From: Myxococcota bacterium
GTDB taxonomy: Bacteria; Myxococcota; XYA12-FULL-58-9; JABJBS01
Length of the DNA stretch: 64,000 nt
Direction: 5' to 3'
Assembly (NCBI GenBank): GCA_036339465.1
Contig: JAYZAY010000059.1
Coordinates: forward strand, 46,471 to 110,470
Of this stretch, positions 58,401 through 64,000 are shown piece by piece. The translations under genes and the position numbers were made by a program. Numbering within the stretch: position 1 is the stretch's first letter; each line of letters starts with the position of its first letter. The notes beneath the pieces were generated by a model, which was not told the DNA's origin, did not search any database, and worked only from the letters and a program-made list of their open reading frames with translations.

Positions 58401-61400
58401 AGCCGAATTCAGCAAGAGCTTAGAAAGGAATTTGAATTAAGTGGAGCACAAGTAAATAACGCAGACGGAAATGCCCTTGTTACCGATGATACAGGTATGG
58501 AGGGTGCCGGCCTTTCTCCAGTCCACGGGATCTTCCTACTCGATAGTCCCACTTGGCACTGTGACTCTTACCAAAGTCGTCGGAATCAAGCGCAACGTTT
58601 CATTGCCATGATCCGGGAAATATTGAAGTCGCAAGCTTGGACAAACAAGCTAGAGGCCGTTGGCGTTCTATCACTCGGTAATGGTGACCGCGGATTTGGT
58701 TATACTCCGAGTATTCCGGTTGATATTGGTGGACTCTTTTCGGGGTGGCTAAAGTCTTTGAATCGAGAATTGGCAGCCGTTCGTTGTGTGCATATTCAGA
58801 CTGAATCGTCCTTTCTCGCAACCCACGAAGGTAGGCGGGCGCTCCTAAGTGAAATGGCTTTGGGGGATAGTGCAGAAGTTAGCTATTTTCTGGGGAGGCG
58901 CTGTGTGTCCTACCTAGAGGATTCTAAAGAGCTTTCAAATCTTGAAGTTGTCATTCCTGAAGGTCTTACTGTGGTGACGGGGGGGGCGCGAGGTGTTACT
59001 TACGAGATCGCAAAGAGACTGGTCGAAAAAGGAATTAGAAGACTTGTTTTGGTGGGGCGAACTTCGTTACCGAGTCCGGAAACGGTCGAATTTATGGCGC
59101 TGAGTGAGGCGGAAAAGAAACGTCAGGCTAAGACATCATTGTCGGAAGCTTGCGGCAAGGTCACACCACTGATGGTGAAGGATTGGATTGCCGCTAAGGC
59201 AAAGCAGGTTGAAATAGCTGAGAATGTTTTGTGTTTGAATGAGATGGGTGCCGACACCAATTACGTTTCTTGTGATTTAGGCAATGAACAATCCATCGAG
59301 GGCTTGGTCAGGAATATCCGAACGAAATATGGTGAAGTAGGGCTCTTAATTCACGGTGCAGGTATTGAAGAATCTAAGTTATTTGTGGACAAAGATGATG
59401 ATTCTTTAATGCGTAGTTTTGCGCCGAAGGCCGAGGCGTTTCGGATACTTGTGGATGAACTTCAACCCAGCCGCACCCTCACCATGGGGTCTGTCGCGGG
59501 TCGTTTTGGAAATGCCAGCCAGACAGATTATGCCGCTGCCAACGATGCCTTGGCCCCTTGGAGCCGTAATTCACATAACAATGCAGTCCATGTTGATTGG
59601 ACGGCATGGGGCGACGTCGGTATGGCGATGAAATCCGGTGTGAAGGCTAGCCTAGAGAGTACTGGCGTTGAGTTTCTCCCTGCGATTTTGGGTGCTGAAA
59701 TAGGGGCCCGATTGGCTTTGAGCTCGGTGGGCGGTGAGTTTGTTGTGGCGGGGGAGTTGGGTGGCTTTACTCCTGCCCCTTCCAGTTACCGTCCCATGGG
59801 TCATCTCGATTTAGAGGAGATCGTGGAGCGTTCTCCATTTGATTCAGCGGTGATTGATGGACAGAGATGTGTCTTTCGGAAAGTGTTTCACCCAGAAGAG
59901 GACTTAGGGTTGGCGCACCACAAGATTGATGGGGTGGCTGTTTTTCCTGGCGTTTTGGGTGTGGAGTTTGGTGTTCAAGCTGCCGAACACTTTATTGGTA
60001 AACCCATGGTTGAAATAACGGAGGTTGAGTTTAAGGCTCCAATTAAGTTTCATCACGGCAAGGAACTGACTGTTGAATTCTCTGTGGAGAAAATATCGGA
60101 AACGCAATTTGATATTCAAGTGCTGTCTGTTTTTAAGACACCTAAGGGACTTGAACGAACCAAGTCGCATTTTGAGATGAAGTCGTCCATCTCTTGTCTG
60201 TCGCCTTCTGAACTCGTTCGATACCCCGTTGCCGAGTTTTGTACGCCTACCCGTAAATCGATTTACGACCTCTATTTTCATGGCGAGAGTTTTCAAGTGA
60301 TAGATTGGGTCGAGAGCTTGGCCGCAAATGGTGCGGTTGCACATAGCTTTGATTTTAAGTCTGGGTGGGTTCGCAATTTTCCGGCGGAATCCATGACAAC
60401 TTCTCCTGCTGCTCGGGAACTTGGTTTTCAAACCGCGGGTGTTTGGGAAATGAACACCACAGGCAAGATGAATTTGCCGGCGCGAATTGCGAAAGTTCAG
60501 CGGCGCAGTGCAGTGGTGGGCGAATATGCCGTTCGTGCAATTGTTAGTCAATCTCTAGAAGGCTCTGGCGCGATCGATGTTTGGGTGTACGATACCTCCG
60601 GTAATCTTTGCGATACGATGATAGGCTACGAGACCGTTGAGCTTCGCGAATTGAGTAAAGATGAATCGGCGAACTTTACCCCTTGGGATCTAGGTGGCGA
60701 TGCAACCTTGATTCATATTCAGGAAATTAAGAGGTCTATTACTCTTGACGGTGGTCGAGCTTTACTCGGTTATTTGTCGGATAAGGAGATGGCGACATAC
60801 TCTGAAAAGAAGTCAGAAAAACGTCGATTGGATTGGTCTGCGGGCCGTATTGCCTCGAAAGTGAGTCTGCAAAGACGTTTGTTTCAGGAGGAGAATATAT
60901 GGGTTCCAGCCCATCATATTTCCGTGGAGCCCAATGCGTTGGGCGAGCCGCAAGTTCTTATTGGAGGAGAGCTAAACCGGGCATGGTCGATTTCTATCAC
61001 CCATAGTGCGGGGTGGGCTTTGGCTCAGGTTGGTGAGTGTAGTAAAGAGAGATTGGGTCTTGATGTTGAATCCGTTGAATCTCGGCACCCGTCTTGGGGG
61101 AAGACCTACTTTAGTGAGAACGAACAAAAGGTTGCTTGGGAGTCAGGAGGTACTTGGCTGTTGACTGCCTGTTGGGCGGTTAAGGAGGCCTTGATGAAAG
61201 CCTTAGGGATAGGTGCCCGGGTAGATTTCAGGGAGATTGAAGTTCAGAAACACGAAGGAATTTGGAGTGTCACCCTCGCTGATTCCCTCAAAATGAGGTT
61301 GTTGGAATTGGGTGCAGGGGTTTCAGAGGTGACTGTACATCTCTTTGGGGACCGAGTTTTGGCCCGAGTGAAATTGTCGATGATTGAATCGACGGGTACG

Positions 61401-61484
61401 GTTCGGCCGAAAACAACAGAGGAGATGCCGGTGGGGCATTTCACCTCGATAGTCGCAGGTACGCGTTATGAGATAGGAGAATAA
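52488..61484 (+). CDS. Iterative type I PKS/FAS-like megasynthase: KS-ACP-AT-KS-ACP-ACP-ACP-KR-DH-PPTase (2998 aa)
   Basis: KS1 DAACAAS / EAHGT / GHLK; AT FPGQGSQ / GHSLGE / SHAFH; KS2 NAACAAG / SHETYT / GHPMG; four ACP-like repeats LGIDTVKQAE; KR TGGARGV and DYAAAN; DH HKIDGVAVFPG; PPTase SITHS / GLDVE / WAVKEALMKA. ATG 52488 with GAGG SD. Confidence 0.95.
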   Translation: MSRPNTNTVREPIAIIGLGGCLPGASNIETYWKNICEGQSAIREVPAQRWNPDDYYSEIKTEPDKTYSKIGGFLDEVPFESKRFRIPPKTADFVDNVQKLALTAVADALEDADLQLRQDAKIGRSFDRERTAVILGNSMGGEFEDKTNLRVWFPEMRNLISNSLEKKNLSDSEVKSIVEEIESTYKQRLPPITEDSMPGELSNCIAGRVANAFDLCGPNFTTDAACAASMAAVKTAFDGLQLEEFDMAVVGGVDQQMDPPTFVKFSKIGALSAEISAPFDARASGFVMGEGVGILVLKRVSDALADGDKIYATIRGIGSASDGKGKGLTAPNPRGQKLAVARAYEKINFDIDSVGLFEAHGTATPVGDRVELSVLTDLLRESGMSPKEIPIGSVKSMIGHLKGAAGAAALIKTSLALHHKVLPPSTNFQRPTSGSPLHEKYLSVNTKTQVWNDSECPRRAGVSAFGFGGTNFHVVLEEHSEKSQELNTKISQEKDEKTMVTPRKSAQPTSDLKGLIVSVQEIFAQATGYEANELEPDYLLEADLGIDTVKQAEIMAQIRETYSLPKEESFNLSEIQTISAVAQYVQSRVSVAWGQGIGNAPVKATTAVDATLPAKMFPYLAVEGVDKTALLNKLTEIEYADASAEAKISLTGQVRLVAAAPTKESLDKKLEGIEKGSPRILRNKGVYFSAADSDLDNGKIAFLFPGQGSQYLNMCKDLAEDYPVVMDTFLEADGILEPMIGRKLTELCWPADMSDPVQRDLDLRQTEICQPAMLAADIALMRLLLAHGIRPDYVVGHSLGEYAACVAAGVLSFADAIYAVSARGREMASVKVDDCGLMAVVLGGVEEVEPIISSVEGYVVSANKNCFKQTVIAGETKAVKQAIEKCVAAGFNSRTIPVSHAFHTEIVAPATMPMRKVLDNLDIRCAGIPILSNVTGEEYPESPEEIRALLTKQLASPVEFIKQVDSLYTRGVRTFIEVGPKKAITGFVTNILENRKHVALFTNYHKLGGQECFLNSLAYLSSRGMTIDFAGTQPSEVQRRPEVAPSVNSQPLNLATGSSQTKTVVSGLGVALPREDACGGVDEDLFDEILRGKNFIRHLTHKTRTEMASLNITRVDKANGTFETMTSSDEVIQLCGQLNLPDLVEDYGVDAALTSAIDATTKLAIATGIEALRDAGLPLVPRYRTTSTGKKLFVGYRLPEKVGKRTGVIFASAFPGLDELIAEVTKFNKQAAKNESSGESVAYQFDRKFLFRILSLGHAQFAQVVGAMGPNTQINAACAAGAQAIGIASDWITLGRCDRVVVLSADDATNESSFAWLGAGFLATGAASVATDATKAAVPFGKNRNGMIMGCGAAAFVVEKDAECRARGILPLVEILASRFANSAFHATRLEFGSIRENFNEFIDTLCSKVGISRAELARRCFFMSHETYTPARGGSSAAEMDALRDVFGDEVGKVLISNTKGFTGHPMGASLEDAVAVKGLQRGLVPPIANFTEVDPDFSDLHFARGQEDQKRDIGIRFAAGFGSQLALNGYRRIATSENRWLDKVRFMEWSKEMSGLEEPAFLIEHRQFRIVEKAGKPLDEMKLWRGFDPGAEAVTEDNAGFVVRGDQKPSRQRSELLTEIVSLFVTETGYEESELGPGFDLESDLGIDTVKQAEILAMVRDRYPLVDGELKPLSELNTIDRLVDFIFSKLSDTAHEYGSAAPIDSQAPLSRSHIASFQYSEDAIRARVLTIFCEQTGYTPSDFEDDHLLEEDLGIDTVKQAEVFSLLTEEFGLERDENFILADLNTVGRIVQFVQTFESIEKSDDLVYSSAQSVSMKIDSTDYMTNIKMIFAAETGYEPEELEDDLLLEADLGIDTVKQAEVMARVREAYGLAQSESFNLSDYQTLEQITQYVAAKVDLSTQADSLETVAKIPTPIEDEALTETVNNVKAPKLDLGSFSVRPVAFGWTENLTDITSIWKGKKVWLLGGDSRIQQELRKEFELSGAQVNNADGNALVTDDTGMEGAGLSPVHGIFLLDSPTWHCDSYQSRRNQAQRFIAMIREILKSQAWTNKLEAVGVLSLGNGDRGFGYTPSIPVDIGGLFSGWLKSLNRELAAVRCVHIQTESSFLATHEGRRALLSEMALGDSAEVSYFLGRRCVSYLEDSKELSNLEVVIPEGLTVVTGGARGVTYEIAKRLVEKGIRRLVLVGRTSLPSPETVEFMALSEAEKKRQAKTSLSEACGKVTPLMVKDWIAAKAKQVEIAENVLCLNEMGADTNYVSCDLGNEQSIEGLVRNIRTKYGEVGLLIHGAGIEESKLFVDKDDDSLMRSFAPKAEAFRILVDELQPSRTLTMGSVAGRFGNASQTDYAAANDALAPWSRNSHNNAVHVDWTAWGDVGMAMKSGVKASLESTGVEFLPAILGAEIGARLALSSVGGEFVVAGELGGFTPAPSSYRPMGHLDLEEIVERSPFDSAVIDGQRCVFRKVFHPEEDLGLAHHKIDGVAVFPGVLGVEFGVQAAEHFIGKPMVEITEVEFKAPIKFHHGKELTVEFSVEKISETQFDIQVLSVFKTPKGLERTKSHFEMKSSISCLSPSELVRYPVAEFCTPTRKSIYDLYFHGESFQVIDWVESLAANGAVAHSFDFKSGWVRNFPAESMTTSPAARELGFQTAGVWEMNTTGKMNLPARIAKVQRRSAVVGEYAVRAIVSQSLEGSGAIDVWVYDTSGNLCDTMIGYETVELRELSKDESANFTPWDLGGDATLIHIQEIKRSITLDGGRALLGYLSDKEMATYSEKKSEKRRLDWSAGRIASKVSLQRRLFQEENIWVPAHHISVEPNALGEPQVLIGGELNRAWSISITHSAGWALAQVGECSKERLGLDVESVESRHPSWGKTYFSENEQKVAWESGGTWLLTACWAVKEALMKALGIGARVDFREIEVQKHEGIWSVTLADSLKMRLLELGAGVSEVTVHLFGDRVLARVKLSMIESTGTVRPKTTEEMPVGHFTSIVAGTRYEIGE

Positions 61485-61486
61485 CA

Positions 61487-63007
61487 ATGTCTTCACTATT
61501 GAATACTAAAGACAAGAAGGAAGTTGAGGATAAACCTGTTCTAGCGCGGGGGGCGGAGTTAACGGCTCGGGGTCGCTTAGAGCAGCTATTTGATGCTGGT
61601 ACCTTTATGGAACTGGATAAGAACATCCATCATCGATCACGGTCTTTTGGGATGGATAAGAGAGAAATTCCAGGTGATGGAGTTGTGTGTGGTTTTGGGG
61701 AAGTGAATGGTCAAACCGTCTATGCTTATTCGCAGGATCGAAACGTGCTGGGTGGTTCCCTTGGTGAGGCCCATGCCCAAAAGATTGTCAAAATTATGGA
61801 TATGGCCGGAAAATCAGGTTGTCAAATTGTGGGTATTAACGACTCTGGTGGTGCTAGGATTCAAGAAGGAGTTGAGGCTTTGGCGGGTTACGGTGAGATT
61901 TTCCGCCGAAATGTGGCATATTCAGGCGTGATACCGCAAATATCCCTGATCATGGGACCTTCGGCCGGAGGCGCTGTCTACTCACCAGCGCTTACCGATT
62001 TTGTGGTGATGATTGATAAAAAGAGTTATATGTTTGTGACCGGGCCAAAGGTTGTTGCTGCAGTTACCAGTGAGAATGTCGACACGGAAACACTTGGAGG
62101 CGGGCGAGTTCATGCAGAGAAGAGTGGGGTTGCCCATTTCTTGACCGGTAGTGAGGTTGAGGCACTCGAGACTGCTCGCGAAATACTTTCCTATCTACCG
62201 GCGAATAATTTTGGGGATGCCCCTTTTCTCCCCACCGACGATCTGCCGCATCGGAAGGTTCCTGAATTGGAATCGATTGTCCCAAAAGAAACGAATCGTC
62301 CCTACGATGCTCAATTGGTCATTGATGCCGTATTTGACCGCGATAGCTTCTTAGAGGTTCGAGGCAATTGGGCGCAAAATATTCGCGTGGGTTTCGCGAG
62401 GCTTGGTGGGTATCCGGTTGGTGTTGTCGCAAATAACCCGATGTTTATGGCAGGTGTTGTGGACATCGATGCGGCTCGTAAAGGGGCGCGTTTCGTTCGG
62501 ACCTGTAATGCTTTTGGTATTCCTCTTGTGACTTTGATCGATGTTCCCGGTTTTCTCCCAGGAAAAGAGCAGGAGCACGCGGGGATTATCGATCATGGTG
62601 CGAAATTAGCCTATGCCTATTGTGAAGCCACGGTGCCCAAACTAAGTGTTATTTTGCGGAAGTCCTACGGTGGTGCTTATATTGTGATGAGTAGTAAGCA
62701 TGTGGGTGGAGATATCAACCTCGCTTGGCCTCAAGCTGAAATTGCGGTGATGGGAGCAGGTGGTGCGGTTGAGATTTTGCATTCGAAAGAACTCAAAAAT
62801 CATCCTGAACCAGCGAATCGCTCCAAGGAACTCAGTGATGAGTACAATGAGCGCTTTGCAAATCCTGGGGTCGCAGAGGCTCGCGGTTTCCTAGACGCTG
62901 TCATTCAGCCGGCCGAGACCCGCTTTACGCTTTATCGCAGTTTGAGAGCAGTGCTAGCCAAAAGAGAGTCGCTGCCAGAAAAACGCAACGGTAATGTACC
63001 CATGTAG
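61487..63007 (+). CDS. Acyl-CoA carboxylase carboxyltransferase (beta) subunit, PccB/AccD-like
   Basis: GDGVV, GGSLG, DSGGARIQEG, AGGAVYSPALTD, DVPGFLPG, HGAKL, RKSYGGAY, AEIAVMGA; starts 2 nt after the PKS stop. Confidence 0.95.
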   Translation: MSSLLNTKDKKEVEDKPVLARGAELTARGRLEQLFDAGTFMELDKNIHHRSRSFGMDKREIPGDGVVCGFGEVNGQTVYAYSQDRNVLGGSLGEAHAQKIVKIMDMAGKSGCQIVGINDSGGARIQEGVEALAGYGEIFRRNVAYSGVIPQISLIMGPSAGGAVYSPALTDFVVMIDKKSYMFVTGPKVVAAVTSENVDTETLGGGRVHAEKSGVAHFLTGSEVEALETAREILSYLPANNFGDAPFLPTDDLPHRKVPELESIVPKETNRPYDAQLVIDAVFDRDSFLEVRGNWAQNIRVGFARLGGYPVGVVANNPMFMAGVVDIDAARKGARFVRTCNAFGIPLVTLIDVPGFLPGKEQEHAGIIDHGAKLAYAYCEATVPKLSVILRKSYGGAYIVMSSKHVGGDINLAWPQAEIAVMGAGGAVEILHSKELKNHPEPANRSKELSDEYNERFANPGVAEARGFLDAVIQPAETRFTLYRSLRAVLAKRESLPEKRNGNVPM

Positions 63008-63153
63008 GTAGGTGCCTACCCAGGCTACCACTTGACTCCGATGTAGGTCGGTGGCTCGATCGATTTCCTCCTCATTTTCATCTTTATACCTCACTTCATA
63101 AACATTGCGTTTTTCTGATTTGGATGTTGGGGAAAGAATAGGTATGATCAGGA

Positions 63154-63714
63154 ATGATGATCGACAAGTTTCAGTTAAAAGCACCGGCCCTTCTGATTGC
63201 TGTACCGCAGTTGGCAGATCCTAATTTTTTTAGGGCTTTGGTATTGTTGGTGGAACATAGCGAAGAGGGATCCATGGGATTGGTCATCAACCGACCCATC
63301 GAACTGAGCATGGGAGAATTTTGCAAATCCCAAGAAATGTATTGTCGAAGTGATAGGTCTCAGTCCCTTTATCAAGGAGGCCCGGTTCAAACTGACCGAG
63401 CCTTTATTTTACATAAATCGGGGCAGATGGGGCCTGAGACAGAAGAAGTGTTTGACGGTATTTGTCTTAGTTATTCATTGGAGTCAGTGACGATGTTGGT
63501 GGAGGAGCCGCCTTTGGATATGAATGTGTGTGTAGGATATGCCGGTTGGGGACCTGACCAATTGGTGGAGGAAGTAACATCGGGTTCATGGTTGGTTACC
63601 TACCCCGAAGAAGACCTACTTTTTTCGATAGCGTCCGATGCTGCTTGGGAGCATTCCCTGAACCAAATGGGAATTGCACCACTCCAATTAATGCATAGTG
63701 GCGCGGTGCATTAA
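63154..63714 (+). CDS. YqgE/AlgH (DUF179) family protein
   Basis: LLIAVPQLADPNF, GLVINRP, GGPV, GYAGWGPDQL, GSW. Confidence 0.95.
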   Translation: MMIDKFQLKAPALLIAVPQLADPNFFRALVLLVEHSEEGSMGLVINRPIELSMGEFCKSQEMYCRSDRSQSLYQGGPVQTDRAFILHKSGQMGPETEEVFDGICLSYSLESVTMLVEEPPLDMNVCVGYAGWGPDQLVEEVTSGSWLVTYPEEDLLFSIASDAAWEHSLNQMGIAPLQLMHSGAVH

Positions 63715-63772
63715 CTCTACTGGTTCGAAGCGGTCTTATTGGATGATTGTTGGGATTTGCTAAATGCTCGAA

Positions 63773-64000
63773 CTAATCGTTGTTGCCATCGTCGGGAATA
63801 TAGTCGCCACCCTTGAGGTGCAGGACGCCCCTTGGGATCAGGAGCCAAATGGTACGGCCATTCCTTTTCAGTTTTAGACTTAATTGAGTCCCTTTTTTTC
63901 CTCTGATGCGGGTGATGACATCTCCAAATGAGAGGCCCTTGGTAATCTCTTCGTTGATGGCAATGATTTTATCACCAGGGAGAATACCCGCTCCAGCGGC
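63773..64000 (-). CDS. C-terminal PDZ domain of a gene that starts beyond the window
   Basis: Hand translation AAGAGILPGDKIIAINEEITKGLSFGDVITRIRGKKGTQLSLKLKRNG...TAG (63775-63773) is a typical PDZ signature. Not in the ORF track. Confidence 0.8.
   Translation of the reverse strand, partial: AAGAGILPGDKIIAINEEITKGLSFGDVITRIRGKKGTQLSLKLKRNGRTIWLLIPRGVLHLKGGDYIPDDGNND

Overview
Gene-dense bacterial chromosomal window made mostly of housekeeping genes. No mobile element, CRISPR array or rRNA was seen. The gene content (PilZ proteins, Ser/Thr kinase with PEGA domain, bactofilin, MshEN repeats, MoxR-DUF58-transglutaminase) suggests a Myxococcota/deltaproteobacterial-like host; this is inference only. 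Recognisable genes: a partial large NAD-glutamate dehydrogenase (missed by the ORF track), alaS, apaG, lon, exbBD, trmL, ALDH7-pgk-tpiA, tRNA-Leu(GAG)-secG, polA, holA, lptE, argG, nth, mreBCD-mrdA-rodA and trxA. The standout locus is a ~3000-aa iterative-type PKS/FAS (52488-61484) with architecture KS-ACP-AT-KS-ACP-ACP-ACP-KR-DH-PPTase, followed 2 nt later by an acyl-CoA carboxyltransferase. All four ACP domains read LGIDTVKQAE, with Thr replacing the canonical phosphopantetheine-accepting Ser. Both KS domains keep the Cys-His-His triad and a PPTase is fused at the C-terminus. This is a candidate threonine-primed, self-activating lipid/polyketide synthase. Other oddities: RodA with a ~175-aa internally repeated membrane insertion, an ALDH7 gene in the usual gap position before pgk-tpiA, a stand-alone MshEN-repeat protein, insertions in AlaRS and Lon, and an apparently inactive NlpC/P60 lipoprotein. 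All calls come from motif reading by eye; no database search was run.
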